In this document: positions 30,070-42,029 of the stretch, one piece after another
How the letters are laid out: every line of letters begins with the position of its first letter
How positions within the stretch are numbered: the stretch's first letter is position 1
Assembly (NCBI GenBank): GCA_041393275.1
Contig: JAWKKL010000002.1
Location: 13,817-77,816, forward strand
Source of the DNA: Bacteroidales bacterium
GTDB lineage: Bacteria; Bacteroidota; Bacteroidia; Bacteroidales; JAADJA01
Length of the DNA stretch: 64,000 nucleotides
Direction: 5' to 3'
Notes under the pieces: model-generated
What the model was told of the DNA's origin: nothing
The model's input: the letters and a program-made list of their open reading frames with translations, nothing else
The model's database searches: none
Made by a program: the position numbers and the translations under genes

Positions 30070-31574
30070 ATGCAAGAAACCATCCTGATCCTGATTTTGG
30101 CTCACAATATACCCAATTGATCGCCCGCCGTGAGAATTAAATGTTTATTGCGAGATCCATCCTTTCAATGATTTTCCTGAAATCAACGATCATATTAAAG
30201 GGGTTATCCTGTCAGGGAGCCCGTTTTCGGTAAACGATGCGGATGCACCGGTTCCCAACCTTGATAAAATACGTAAAATCCCCTTGTTAGGGGTTTGCCA
30301 GGGCCCAGTTTCTGGGCAAAGGATTCAGGGGGTAAAGTTGAGCCTTCTTCCACCAGGGAATATGGCCGGGCCAATTTATCCTTCATCCATTTCCGAATAT
30401 TTTGATGGCATGCCAGGTTGCATAGGTGCGGATGTCGCATGGCGATAACATACTTCTGAGGTGCTGTTTTTGAAATCATTACCGAAAATTCACGATGAAA
30501 TTGCAGGCTACAAAATTAAAAATGAAAAGACCTTTGGCATACAGTTTCATCCCGAAGTGTATCATACCACAGAAGGAAAAACGTCAGCTTCATAATTTTG
30601 TGATAAACATTTGCGGGTGCACACAGGACTGGACCCTTGAATCGTTTATCGAAACCACCATTGATGCCCTGAAGAAAAAACTTAAAACGACAAAGTGGTG
30701 CTGGGCCTTCGGGCGGGGTTGACTCTTCTGTTACAGCTGTTTTGCTTAACAAAGCCATTGGCGATAACTTAACATGCATCTTTGTGGATAACGGCCTGTT
30801 AAGGAAATATGAATTTGAATCGGTTATTGATTCTTATAAGCATATGGGGTTAAATGTTATTGGAGTGGATGTTAACAGTTTTATAAAAACCTCAAAGGGG
30901 CGGTTGATCCGGAAAAGAAGAGAAAATCATCGGGAATACTTTCATCGAAGTGTTTGATGCGGAAGCCCATAAAATACAGGATGTAAAATGGCTCGCACAA
31001 GGTACTATTTATCCTGATGTGATCGAGTCAAAATCGGTGAAAGGGCCAAGCGCTACCATTAAATCGCATCACAATGTTGGCGGCCTGCCCGACTTTATGA
31101 AACTTAAAGTAGTGGAACCACTTAATTCCTTATTTAAAGACGAAGTACGAAAATTGGATTAACCCTGAAAATGGACAAAGTCTGATAGGTAGGCATCCTT
31201 TTTCCTGGCCCGGATTAGGGGATTCGAATACTGGGAGATGTAACGCCTGAAAGTTAGGGTTCTTCAGGATGCTGACTATATTTTTATTGAAGGCCTGAAA
31301 AAGTTTGGACTTTAATAGGATAAAGTATGGCAGGCGGGGGTTATGTTATTGCCGGTATGATCAGGCGCCATGGGCGATGAACGGACTTATGAAAATTGAG
31401 AGTTGCTCCTGCGGGCTGTCGGTTCCACTGATGGCAATGACCGACTGGTCGCACTGTTCCCATGATTTCCTCGCTAAAGTATCGAATGAGATCATCATCA
31501 ACCAGGTTAAGGGTGTCAACCGGGTTGGTTATGATATTAGCTCAAAACCACCGGCTACGATTGAGTGGGAATAA
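30070..31574 (+). pseudogene. guaA: GMP synthase (glutamine-hydrolysing), multiply frame-broken as sequenced
   Basis: Stitching frames gives MQETILILDFGSQYTQLIARR.., [73 protein letters not shown] and [12 protein letters not shown]. By manual translation there are at least six frame changes. Confidence 0.85.
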
Positions 31575-31620
31575 TAAAATAAGATAAATGTTGTTATCAA
31601 TCATGATATTTTGAATTAGC

Positions 31621-33965
31621 ATGAGAAACTCCCTGGATTTTTATTTTTTCATTTTACTGTCACAGTTGGCATTGTCAGTTCAGGCGCAACATGGCCAGCC
31701 AGCAACCAGGTCAGAGATCATTGAAGAAAAACCACATGGAAAGATTTTTATATCCATTTTGTAAAAAAAGGAGAAACGTTATTTACCATTGCCCGTGCAT
31801 ATGGAATTACGGTGGATGACATATTTAAAACTAACCTCCATCGGCAACGGAAGGTATTTATGAAGGAAAAATTTTAAAATACCTGTTAAAAGTAAAAACC
31901 GGCCAGGCTGTTGAAAAGAAGGAAAAAAATGAAAAAGATTTTTTCACCATATCGTGCAAAAAACAGGAAACCTTGTATGGCATTTCAAAGAAATATGGAA
32001 TTGGTGAGCAATTGACAAAATTAAAGCCATAAATCCGGGGTTAAGTGATAATATTAGTGGAAGGGCTAACTTTGAAAATTCCGGTTCGGCAGGAATATGA
32101 AGATTTATTGCGCCCGAATGGGATGGCTTAAACAAACAACATACTGTAAATAAAAAGGTGAAACACTTTATGGTATAGCCCGCCAGTACAATGTTACTAT
32201 TGGTGAAATAAAATGTAAACCCGGACTATCTGATAATCTTAATGTCGGTGAAAAGGTCGCTATTCCTAACCAGGAAACAGGAATGGACAGGAGGGGTAAC
32301 GGCAATTGCCATTGATGAAGATGGAAATATTGTTGAATTGCCCAAACAGAAAAAACATACAGTTGTCAAAGGCGAAACCTTATACAGTATAGCCCGCGAT
32401 AATGCCACCAGTGTTGATAGCCTGAAAAAATACAACCCCTGGTTAAGCTCGTACCTGAGCGTCGGGCAGGTAATTATCTTACCTCCATTCCAAAATACAA
32501 ATGAATATATTGTTCACAAACCTGACGCAAAAAAATCGCTTGAGGAAATCGCCAATCTTTATGACGTGGATTACAACAAGGTTGCTGAATTAAATCCACA
32601 TATTGCAAAAAGCCAGTAAGCCGTGGCTTAACACAACAAAACATTACCTGTTGAAATAAAGGATGATGTTATCGAATCTGAAAATTCAATCCCCGAAGAA
32701 AAATAACGGTATTGGGTTGCGAAGATCAGGAAACCAATCATTTGGAAACCGCAATATTACTTAATGCTTCCTCTTTTTCCTTGAACAGCTCGATAGCATC
32801 AATGCAAAAGAGAAAGTGGATTTTGGCACCCTTTACCAAACTCTCCTCTTTCGTTTCTTTCGATTTTTATGGAGGTTTTAAATTGGCTGTTGATTCAATG
32901 CAAGCACTGGGGATGAACATTAATTTGTTTGTATACGATGTGGATAACGACCCGGAAAAGACCACACATGTACTTAATTCATATCCGAACTCGGATCAAT
33001 GGACTTAATTGTCGGGCCGCTTTATCAGAATATTGAACAAATGGCACGCATTTTGCAAAAGAGTATCAAATACCAATCATTAATCCGCTTTCAAACCGAG
33101 AAGAAGTCATTTATGGAAACCCTTATGTTTTTAAATTAATCCCTTCCGAAAGCCATCAGGTTGAAATTTTAACCGATTACATCCTTCGCACATACCCTGA
33201 TAAAAACATTGTTTTTAATAAAGTACAATAAGTATAAATACCAAAACGAAATTTCATTTATCCGAAACACACTAAATAGTGAAAGGCCCGTAAAGGTAAA
33301 TATATCAAATAAAAATATTTGTATCATTAGCAAGGCAAAATAATAAATCAACCCTGCTAACTGAAAATAAATTGCTGAATGCACGACTTAAATGAAACCA
33401 AACGACAGTGCATCGTTTACCAATCTTGTTCAATAGAAGTAATTTATGTTTCCGACAGCGTAAACGGATTAAAAATGAGTTTATCGAAAGTGAGGGATAA
33501 TGTGTGTCATTGCCATTAGCGATATTGTTTTTTCTGAAAGAAGTGTTATCGAAGCTGAATAAACTTAGCCTTCAACATAACATTGTCCTTTTTGGGCTTC
33601 CGTTGTGGAATGATTACATCGATTTGGAAACCTCTCAATTGCTAAACCTGAATTTTCACTTCTTTTCGACATCTCTGGTTAATTATAAAAGTGAAAAGAC
33701 AAAACACTGGATAAAAAAATTCAGGGAAAATTATAAAACCGAACCTTCGGTCAATAATTATGCGTTTGATGGGTTTGATGCCGGATGGTATTTTCTGAAC
33801 GGATTATACAGGTTTGGCCCTGATTTTATCAACTGCCTTGAATATATGGATTTCCGGCCCATGCATACCAGGTACAAATTTATTCAGTCGCAAGGCAATG
33901 GCTACCAAAACAGTTTTTGGAACATAGGGAAGTACGAATCATATAATGTAATTAAAGTAAATTGA
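31621..33965 (+). pseudogene. Multi-LysM protein with a C-terminal periplasmic-binding-protein (type 1)-like domain, multiply frame-broken
   Basis: Signal peptide (MRNSLDFYFFILLSQLALSVQA) followed by repeated LysM units (VKKGETLFTIARAYGITVDDI, TLYGISKKYGI, TLYGIARQYNVTIGEI, HTVVKGETLYSIARDNATSVDSLKKYNPWL, SLEEIANLYDVDYNKVAELNP). The PBP-like tail is intact in 33504..33965. Confidence 0.7.
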
Positions 33966-34181
33966 TAGGTGTTGGTTGTCATATATACCGAATTTACCAA
34001 AGCCTAAAATTTAATAAATGCAATACGTCGCCTATCCAATGATCGTTGAATTACAGCGCAATCCTTGTTTTCTATGGCACTATTACAAATCCCAAAAGGC
34101 AATAATAAGCTTTATTAAAATCAACACAAATTTGTATAGAAATCTATTTCCTTTATATTTGCGCAAAATTCTTTGAAATAT

Positions 34182-35150
34182 ATGCTCAGCAGAAGGCACC
34201 TCAGAATTAAAGCACTCCAGCTATTGTATGCTTTTATTCAATCGAATAACGACAATCTTGTAACGGGAGAGAAAGACTTATTGAAAAGCCTCAATAAAAT
34301 CTATGAACTGTTTATATACCAGTTTTCGCTCCTGATTGAGATAACTGAATTTGCATATAAAAGGTCAGAAGAAAACAAGCAGAAATATTTTCCAACCGAA
34401 GAAGACCTTCATCCAAATACCCGCTTTATTAATAACCGCATTATCAAAATGATTTCCAACAATCGCGATTACCAGCGCTATTATGATGTTTACAAAATAA
34501 ACTGGGCCGAAGAAGAAGAAATGATCAGGAAATTATACAAAGGGATCATTGCAAGCGAAGAATACAAAGCATACATGGATGCCAAAATTGCAACACTAAA
34601 TGCTGACAAGGAAATTTTGATCAAAATCATAAAAAAACACCTTTCCCGCTCGGAGCTGTTGCAATCGTTTTACGAAGAAAAAAACATTCACTGGTCCGAT
34701 GACTTTCATACGGCAAACCTTCTGCTTATAAAAGCAATCAAAGGACTAAAAGAGGGTTTTGGTGAAAATGTGAAAAACTACCTACACTGCTTAAAAACGA
34801 TTTGTCGATGATCCCGATGAAGACATTGAATTCAAAAATCTTATTCAGGAAACGATAATCAACAACCAGCAATATCTTGATTTAATTGAAAATGCTGTGC
34901 GCAAAACTGGGAAATGGAACGCATTGCTATTATAGATAATATCCTTGCGTTGAAAATGGCCATTGTCGAGCTGCTTTGAATTTCCATCAGTCCTCGACTG
35001 TTAGCATTGAACGAATACATCGAACTGGCAAAGCTCTACAGTACACCCGCAAGTAAAATATTCGTTAACGGTATTCTTGATAAACCCATTGTAGATTTAA
35101 AAGCTGACAATAAAATAAAAAAATTGGCCGGCCTGCCTGAAAGTTATTAA
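34182..35150 (+). pseudogene. nusB: Transcription antitermination factor NusB (long Bacteroidota form), 3' third frame-broken
   Basis: MLSRRHLRIKALQLLYAF is intact to about 34790. Shifted frames then read DDPDEDIEFKNLIQETI...ERIAIIDNILALKMAIVELL...INEYIELAKLYSTPASKIFVNGILDK. The exact stop is uncertain. Confidence 0.8.
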
Positions 35151-35243
35151 GTTTTGTCTATCCAATTGCTGAATATTAAATTCTTTTTGCAATTTTCAAT
35201 TTTAATTAGATTTTTAGAATTTTGCACGTAGTAATAAAAAAAG

Positions 35244-35903
35244 ATGATGAAAGCTAAGGTATATTTTTATGGATTAACCGTTGTTTTTTTAAGTTTTATG
35301 TTTGTCCAATGCGACCCGCCTCTAAAAAAGACGGTAAACGGAACAAGCGAAATCAGAACAAACAAAGCCAGCCATTCCCGAGAAAAGCAAACAAAGGGAA
35401 GAACCGGTAATCACCAAAGATGACAGGGGGAATATCATTGAACGGCAGTCGTATTCGTACAAAAAATCGGATAACAGCATTCGATCGAAAGAAAGTTATT
35501 ATTATGAATACGATGATAGCAACAATCTGATAAAAGATGTTAAAGAATCATATGACCTGATGGCTCTCGAAATATAAAAATATTAATTATCATACATATA
35601 ATAAAAAAATGAATTGGTCAAAAACCATTTTTGAATCGTACGACGACCACAATAACTCAGCGAAAAGCCCACAACGAATTTATTTATAATGAAAAGGGGC
35701 ATAAAATAAAAGAACTAAACTTTTATGAAAATGGCTCATTACGTGGAGAGATCATCCTCGACCCTGATGTAAACGGTGCTCTTCGTTCGGAAGAATTCAT
35801 CAATTATAATCCTGACGGATCTAAAAAAGACCACAAAAAATATTATTACAACCAATACGGCCTTGAGAAAACGGTGGATTTGATGGAGAAAGGAAAAGGG
35901 TAA
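35244..35903 (+). pseudogene. Small lipoprotein with Tyr/Asn-rich repeats, frame-broken, function unknown
   Basis: MMKAKVYFYGLTVVFLSFMFVQC lipobox, with fragments in three frames ending in ORF 35631..35903. Confidence 0.45.
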
Positions 35904-36054
35904 TGGTCCTCCTTCACTTATCTCCTTCGCAAAAAGCATCAGAGTTGGAGCAGGCTTCGGAGGACAAGTGGGAATAGATAAACTTTGCGTTCTTTGCGAA
36001 AACCTTATGCGGCCATTGTGTGAAATTCATATCTTTAATGTTTATATCTAAAAT

Positions 36055-36591
36055 ATGCCCGAGTCAAATTCAATTTTTGTTCAAATTGCGCGGCTTACCA
36101 TAAAGCACCATCTTGAACATGGCCATCTAAACGACCTGAAATTTCAGGATGCACCGGAAATCCTTACCGGTGAAAGAAGGGGTTGTTTTGTTTCGCTTCA
36201 TTTAAAGGACGGTTCGCTGCGGGGCTGTATTGGCACTATTGAACCTGTTGAAAAAAACCTGTTGAATGAAATTAAACGGAATGCCTTATCGGCTGCCTTC
36301 CGCGATTCACGTTTTGAACCACTCCGCGAAGATGAATTTGGAGACCTGGAAATTTCGGTTGACGTATTATCCGTACCTGAACAAATTGAAAGCCCCAACG
36401 ACCTTGACCCGGCTATTTACGGCGTGATCGTTTCTGATGGCTCTTACCACCGGGCTGTTTTGCTTCCCTTCATTGAAGGTATTGATACGGTTGAAAAACA
36501 ATTAAACGTTGTAAAGCGGAAAGCCGGACTGGAACGTAAAAGTTGGGACGAATTGACGATATTCCGGTTTACAACGAAGAGGTACCATTAG
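36055..36591 (+). CDS. AMMECR1 domain protein (AmmeMemoRadiSam system protein A family)
   Basis: 178 aa with GCFVSLH...GSLRGCIGT and FRDSRF motifs. Confidence 0.85.
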   Translation: MPESNSIFVQIARLTIKHHLEHGHLNDLKFQDAPEILTGERRGCFVSLHLKDGSLRGCIGTIEPVEKNLLNEIKRNALSAAFRDSRFEPLREDEFGDLEISVDVLSVPEQIESPNDLDPAIYGVIVSDGSYHRAVLLPFIEGIDTVEKQLNVVKRKAGLERKSWDELTIFRFTTKRYH

Positions 36592-36711
36592 CATTTATTT
36601 TCAAATTTACAATTTTCCATCACCAAACATCCTATTTCCTTTGTATTAGATTTATCATTTTACTACCCTTTATTTCATACCTTTGCCCGAAACTTACAAA
36701 AAAAAAGTACT

Positions 36712-37545
36712 ATGGCTCAAAATGAAATCAACCCAAGAAAATTAATCCCCATAGCAATCATCGTAATTGCTGCAATTTTTCTTATCATCTCCTGGAACAG
36801 CATAACCATCACCATCGATGCCGGGCATGCCGGTGTTTTGTTCAGACGGTTTGGCGGCGGCCTTGAACTCGACAAAACCTATGGGGAAGGATTTCATATT
36901 CTTGCCCCCTGGAATAAAATGTATATCTATGAAGTAAGGCAGCAAGAGACAGCCGAAGACATGAACGTGCTTTCAAGCAACGGACTGGAAATTCAGGTCG
37001 ATGTTTCAGCATGGTATCAACCCGAACACGAAAACCTGGGAAGATTACACTCTGAGATTGGAATTAATTATTTGCAGCGGGTTATTATACCCAGCTTAAG
37101 ATCATCGGCCCGAAGCGTTGTAGGGCGTTACACCCCTGAGCAGATTTATTCTACAAAACGCGACGCTATCCAGGATGAAATTTTTGAAGAAACCAAAAAA
37201 CTGCTGGATGAAAAATATGTCCAGCTCAACCAGATATTAATTCGATCCATTAAACTGCCTCCTACCATTAAAGAAGCTATTGAAAGTAAATTACAACAAG
37301 AACAGCTGGCTCTTGAATACGAATTTAAAATTGAAAGGGCTAGTAAGGAAGCCGAACGCCAGAAAATTGAAGCCGAAGGGAAAGCGATGGCCAATAATAT
37401 TATCAACGCCAGTTTAACCGACAAGATACTTAGGGAAAAAGGGATCCTGGCAACACTTCAGTTAGCTGAATCAAGCAATACAAAAGTAGTCGTAATTGGC
37501 AATACAAAAGATGGCTTGCCGCTGATCCTTGGCGATTCGAAATAG
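36712..37545 (+). CDS. SPFH/band-7 (prohibitin-like) membrane protein
   Basis: N-terminal TM helix, a PHB-domain pattern (GHAGVLFRRFGG..EGFHILAPW..), and a coiled-coil EAERQKIEAEGKA. Confidence 0.85.
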   Translation: MAQNEINPRKLIPIAIIVIAAIFLIISWNSITITIDAGHAGVLFRRFGGGLELDKTYGEGFHILAPWNKMYIYEVRQQETAEDMNVLSSNGLEIQVDVSAWYQPEHENLGRLHSEIGINYLQRVIIPSLRSSARSVVGRYTPEQIYSTKRDAIQDEIFEETKKLLDEKYVQLNQILIRSIKLPPTIKEAIESKLQQEQLALEYEFKIERASKEAERQKIEAEGKAMANNIINASLTDKILREKGILATLQLAESSNTKVVVIGNTKDGLPLILGDSK

Positions 37546-37600
37546 CAATCTGAAAAATTTTGCTTTGTAGTTTTTGATATCATGGCAAAACGGATAACTA

Positions 37601-38962
37601 ATGGGCAGTAAATTTTCGGAAATGCGGCTTTTTATCCTGGTTTTCTTTCTGTTTAATTTATTTATCAGTTCGTATTACATTGATGTCTGGCAAAACTCGA
37701 ACTCCACTTCCAGGGCATTGCCCATCATTGCCTGGTTTGAAGAAGGAACATTTAAGATTGATAAATACCAGGAGATAACCGTAGATAAAGCGTATGTAAA
37801 TGGCCATTATTATACGGATAAAGCCCCTTTGCCAACCTACGTTGTAATACCTTTTTTCGGAGTCATAAAAAGCCTTGGCATTATTCAAACCGATGCAGAT
37901 GGAAGCCTTTTTGGCAAACACGTTTATGTCATCGGTGGATTGTTGGTGGGAAGTTTGCCTTTTGTAGTATTTATTCTGATCATCTTTCTGGAAATAAAAA
38001 AACTAAATCCCCCATTAGGCCCGGTTTTACTTTCAATGCTGCCACTTTATTTCTCATTCTTTTATATTTTTTCAGGAACCTTTTTTGCCCACCTCTTTGC
38101 AGGAATACTCTTGTTGGGGGGATATATCTTTCTAATAAAAGAGAAATTTTTGTTGGCCGGTTTCTTATCAGGATTGGCTTTTATAAGCGAATACAACCTG
38201 GCCGTCATTATATTTCTATGGGGAATAATGATTTTAATCCGAACAAGAAAGTTCAAACCATTTGTAAGATTTTCCATAGGTGTGCTTCCGGCTTTGCAAT
38301 TTATGCTTTATTACAATTATTTGTTTTCCTCCTCCCCTTTTGAATTTTTATATAAACATCACAATTTTACAGAGATCAATAAAAATTACGGATTTCTTCT
38401 GCCGGGTTTTGAATCGATATGGGGATTGGCTTTATCGTTTTACCGCGGGATATTTTGGTATGTCCCTGTTTTATTTTTGGTGGCAGGTTTAGCTATTGTC
38501 AATTGGAAACATCTTAATTGGAAAAAAGCAATCGTCAGCTACATTTTTATCCCCGGCCTCATCTATTATGTTTTTATCGCTTCCTATTTTGCCTGGTGGG
38601 GTGGCTGGACTTATGGGCCAAGGCTTTTATTCGGATTGGCTTTTTTACTTATTTACGAAGGAATTGTATTTCTTTCAAAACAAAATTTTCATCCTGCATT
38701 TTTCTGGCTTTTCATGGTGTTAGGTTTGATCTGGATATTTCCTGCCAAAGCCACCATTGTGTATTCAGCGCCCACAGGGGTGTACAACCCATTCATCAAG
38801 CTTGTATTGCCGGCTTTTCTTTCCGGAAACCTCAACAACAACAACCTGGCAGGAATTCTCTTTGGGGGCCATGCTGTTGTTTCGTTTACTGTTTTTATGA
38901 TTGTTTTTATTCTAGGAACGATACTCTTAAACATATGGTACAAAAGAATCATCGCAAAGTAA
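37601..38962 (+). CDS. Polytopic membrane protein, possibly a GT-C-type glycosyltransferase
   Basis: 453 aa with many hydrophobic segments and an early loop YYTDKAPLPTY reminiscent of GT-C loop-1 motifs. The family assignment is not secure. Confidence 0.45.
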   Translation: MGSKFSEMRLFILVFFLFNLFISSYYIDVWQNSNSTSRALPIIAWFEEGTFKIDKYQEITVDKAYVNGHYYTDKAPLPTYVVIPFFGVIKSLGIIQTDADGSLFGKHVYVIGGLLVGSLPFVVFILIIFLEIKKLNPPLGPVLLSMLPLYFSFFYIFSGTFFAHLFAGILLLGGYIFLIKEKFLLAGFLSGLAFISEYNLAVIIFLWGIMILIRTRKFKPFVRFSIGVLPALQFMLYYNYLFSSSPFEFLYKHHNFTEINKNYGFLLPGFESIWGLALSFYRGIFWYVPVLFLVAGLAIVNWKHLNWKKAIVSYIFIPGLIYYVFIASYFAWWGGWTYGPRLLFGLAFLLIYEGIVFLSKQNFHPAFFWLFMVLGLIWIFPAKATIVYSAPTGVYNPFIKLVLPAFLSGNLNNNNLAGILFGGHAVVSFTVFMIVFILGTILLNIWYKRIIAK

Positions 38963-39816
38963 AGATACTGGAAACTTACCGGGATGCCCTGCAAAGTATT
39001 CCCGGCTTTATCCCTACGGATAAAAAAGTCCAGGCAATCAATACTTTGCTTGAGGTCAATTTCGATATCCTTGATGTTGGGAGTTTCGTTTCTGAAAAAT
39101 TTGTTCCCCAGTTTAAGGATATGGATGCGGTACTGAATCAAATCCAGAAAGGGAACTCAATAACTGAAATATTTGTTTTGACAGCTACACCAGAAGGTGC
39201 AAATAAAGCAGCACAACATAAGATCATTGATATTATAGGTTATCCCTTTTCTACCTCTCCCACTTTTCTAAACAAGAATATAAACAGAAATTTTGATGAA
39301 GCATGGGTTGATATTGTAAAGATTCAGGATATTTGTCAAAAATACAATAAAGACCTAATGCTTTACCTCGCTATGGCTTTTGGCAATCCGTATGGCGATC
39401 CGGTGGAAATTAAGGATATTTTTTCCTGGGTTCAAAAATTTTCTTCAATTGGTATCACTTATATCAGCCTGTCTGATATTATTGGTGTTGCCTCTCCCCA
39501 ATTTATTGCCGATGCATATCAGACTTTTACTACAAATTTCCCTGATATTGAATTTGGGCTTCATTTACATACCAAACCAAATGACTGGGAACAAAAAATC
39601 GAAGCCGCCTACACGAACGGATGCACTATTTTCGACGGGGTGATCTCTGGCCTGGGTGGATGCCCGATGACGGGTTACGAAATGCTTGGGAATTTGCCAA
39701 CCGCAAAACTGGTTGATTTTTTCCTGAAAAAAGGGATCCCTTTGCAACCTGGAAAGGACAAATTTGAAAAAGCCCTCACAATGTCAAACGATTATATTCA
39801 GCCTGGTAAGCAATAA
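38935..39816 (+). CDS. HMG-CoA-lyase-like (HMGL/DRE-TIM) protein
   Basis: From the ATG at 38935: MVQKNHRKVKILETYRDALQS.., LHLHTKPN, and DGVISGLGGCP. The upstream part of tracked ORF 38518.. overlaps the membrane gene in another frame. Confidence 0.75.
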   Translation: MVQKNHRKVKILETYRDALQSIPGFIPTDKKVQAINTLLEVNFDILDVGSFVSEKFVPQFKDMDAVLNQIQKGNSITEIFVLTATPEGANKAAQHKIIDIIGYPFSTSPTFLNKNINRNFDEAWVDIVKIQDICQKYNKDLMLYLAMAFGNPYGDPVEIKDIFSWVQKFSSIGITYISLSDIIGVASPQFIADAYQTFTTNFPDIEFGLHLHTKPNDWEQKIEAAYTNGCTIFDGVISGLGGCPMTGYEMLGNLPTAKLVDFFLKKGIPLQPGKDKFEKALTMSNDYIQPGKQ

Positions 39817-40181
39817 TTGGCAACTGGGTTTTTAATCCTAAAAAAACCATTAGACTTTTTAGGGGTAAATTTATATCCATTTTAAACAATGCAAAAACTT
39901 ATTGTTTTTCAGCAACTTACCCCCTCCCCCGACAAACACCCAAGCCAACTATCTTCAGAAAATAAGTTTGGATATCCCTGCGTATTACCTTTATATGAAA
40001 CGTAGGGTAAAAATTGCTCAATGGATTAAAGGATCAGTAACGCATGTTGTTCCCATTTAATTTGGATGATGGATATATTAATTTTACCAAAGGCTTCCCT
40101 TATGTAAAATAGTAATAATTCCATTTTTGAATAAGTGTAATTAATATAAGAAAATAAAAGCTAACCTGAAATAGCAAAGAG

Positions 40182-41602
40182 ATGAAAAAAATTTTAATTG
40201 TTATAATAGCCATTTTTTTTACAGGAAACAGCCCGCCAAATACCAAAAGCCAATACACCATTCCGGTGGGCAATGTACCGCCTGCACATCGGATATTGGA
40301 CAATGACATGGGCCTTGATGTTATAACCGGTCATAGTGTTGGATGGGGATATACCAATAAATCTATATCGGTTATGGAAAATATAAACAATGGTGTGTTT
40401 TTTTAGTAACAGATACATCCAAGTCTTTGTGGGAACCAAAAGAATATATTTACCATACAGGTAAACAACGACACATTTCCCGACCTGGCGGTTTTTTATT
40501 CTTGATTTCCACCTCTGCTACACAAAGGTATATAAGGGTATTTTATAATGAACAGGGTGAGTTTAACAATTTTAGCGATTTCAGCCTCGAAAGCGACGCC
40601 ACATTTTCAGGGATCAATCACGGTAAAGTTAATGATGATGATTATGACGATATTGTGGTCATATCAAACAATGGGCATTTTTGGGGTATCCTTTACAATG
40701 ATGGGAATAGTGGGTTTACTTCGCCAGAATATTTTAATCTTGACGGACCTCCATCTGATATTGCCTGTAGTGATTTAAATAAAGACGGACGTGACGATGT
40801 TGTTGTTGTTGGAAACAAGTTAAACGTATACTACAGTTATGACACAAGCTTGTAAAGGATCTCAATTGGGTTCCAGCAATTTTTAGTTCAATTGGCAGAC
40901 ATGGATATGGATAATGACATGGACCTGGTTTGTTTAAGTGGCTATTTTTCAACAACAATTGCCACCATCATTGAAAACATTGGGGATGGCAATTTCTACA
41001 CACATGAGCCTTTCCCATACAATCCCTACTGCTGGCGATTTCTTGTATCTGACCTTAACAACGATTCATTGCCTGACATCATTTCATCAAGTGTCAACAA
41101 TGGTGTATATATTTTGTACAATGAAGGAAATTACCAGCTTTCCGGCCCAGTTTTTATACCGGTGCCATTGGTAGGTTACGATTTTGTGAATGCCCATTGT
41201 GCCGACCTCGACAACAATGGGTTCAATGATCTAATTATAACACAAACCAATGCCCATTTCATCAACTTGTTATTTAATGACGGCAATGGCAACTTTGTTG
41301 AAGATCCTCTCACCTATTCTAAAGAAAGTATACATGAAAGAGAAATTTATCTGAATTGTAGTCCAAATCCATTTTCAGGTACAACAAAAATTTGGTACAA
41401 GCTTGAAAGTGAATCATCTGTTCAATTGAATGTTTACAATTTTACCGGACAATTGATCAAATCATATGATGAAGGGTCAAAAATGAAAGGAAACCATTTT
41501 GTTGAATTTGATGCAACAGGGCTAAAGAGTGGGATTTATTTCTATTCGATCGGTATAAATGGACAAATATCGGATTCAAAGAAGATGACTATTTTAAAGT
41601 AG
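40182..41602 (+). pseudogene. FG-GAP/VCBS-repeat protein with T9SS C-terminal sorting domain, frame-broken
   Basis: Has a signal peptide and repeated Ca-loop motifs (DLNKDGRDDVVVVG, DMDNDMDLV, DLNNDSLPDII, DLDNNGFNDLII). The C-terminus is SPNPFSGTTKIWY...GIYFYSI. Frame breaks lie near 40400-40520 and 40855-40890. Confidence 0.7.
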
Positions 41603-41654
41603 CCCCAAATTAATTTATGTAAATCATTATTTAGGTTTTAAATTTCTAAAAAGC

Positions 41655-41684
41655 TGTCCCTGTAATACGGGGCATTTTTTATTT
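41655..41684 (+). terminator. Candidate intrinsic terminator
   Basis: Stem UGUCCC / GGGGCA (one G-U pair) with an 8-nt loop, followed by UUUUUUAUUU. Confidence 0.55.
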
Positions 41685-42018
41685 CAATGGCCACTTTATT
41701 GCATTTATTTGCCATGATTGACATTGAGGTAAAACTGGAATATTGGGAAATTTCAAACAATTATTTTTATCACTCTTACAATATTCTATCATTCCAGAAT
41801 GGGAAGGCTGAAGTAAGCTCGGTTTATAAATCATTTACCCTATTGCATTTATCATAATTAGGTTAATTTATTTCGCTAAAATAGTGGTCTATTTATAAAA
41901 CATCTACAAAACTACATTATTCAATCCTTCCAATTTTACTGTATTTACTTAATTAACAGTCCATAGTTTATAATCCTTCTAAATTTCTAATCCTCATTGC
42001 TAGTCAAATAAATAAATA

Positions 42019-42026
42019 TATTTTTG
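42019..42026 (+). promoter_or_regulatory. Candidate -7 promoter box (TATTTTTG) of the hox operon
   Basis: TAnnTTTG match 52 nt upstream of the hoxF ATG, with a TTG 17 nt further upstream. Confidence 0.4.
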
Positions 42027-42029
42027 TGC

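Noticed and set aside
30204-30779. Minus-strand ORFs 30204..30479 and 30516..30779
   Set aside because: They are antisense to readable guaA sequence and arise only because guaA is frame-broken.
33169-33384. Minus-strand 71-aa hydrophobic ORF
   Set aside because: It lies antisense within the frame-broken LysM/PBP gene, and its AT-rich, low-complexity translation shows no family features.
26768-36591. Linking the radical SAM gene (26768..27658) with AMMECR1 (36055..36591) as an AmmeMemoRadiSam system
   Set aside because: The genes are 8.4 kb apart on opposite strands with no Memo-like gene. The radical SAM protein does not resemble the small activase type.
38518-38934. N-terminal 139 codons of the 432-aa tracked ORF 38518..39816
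   Set aside because: This part overlaps the polytopic membrane gene (37601..38962) in another frame and is low-complexity and Cys/Phe-rich. The HMGL homology begins only after the internal ATG at 38935.
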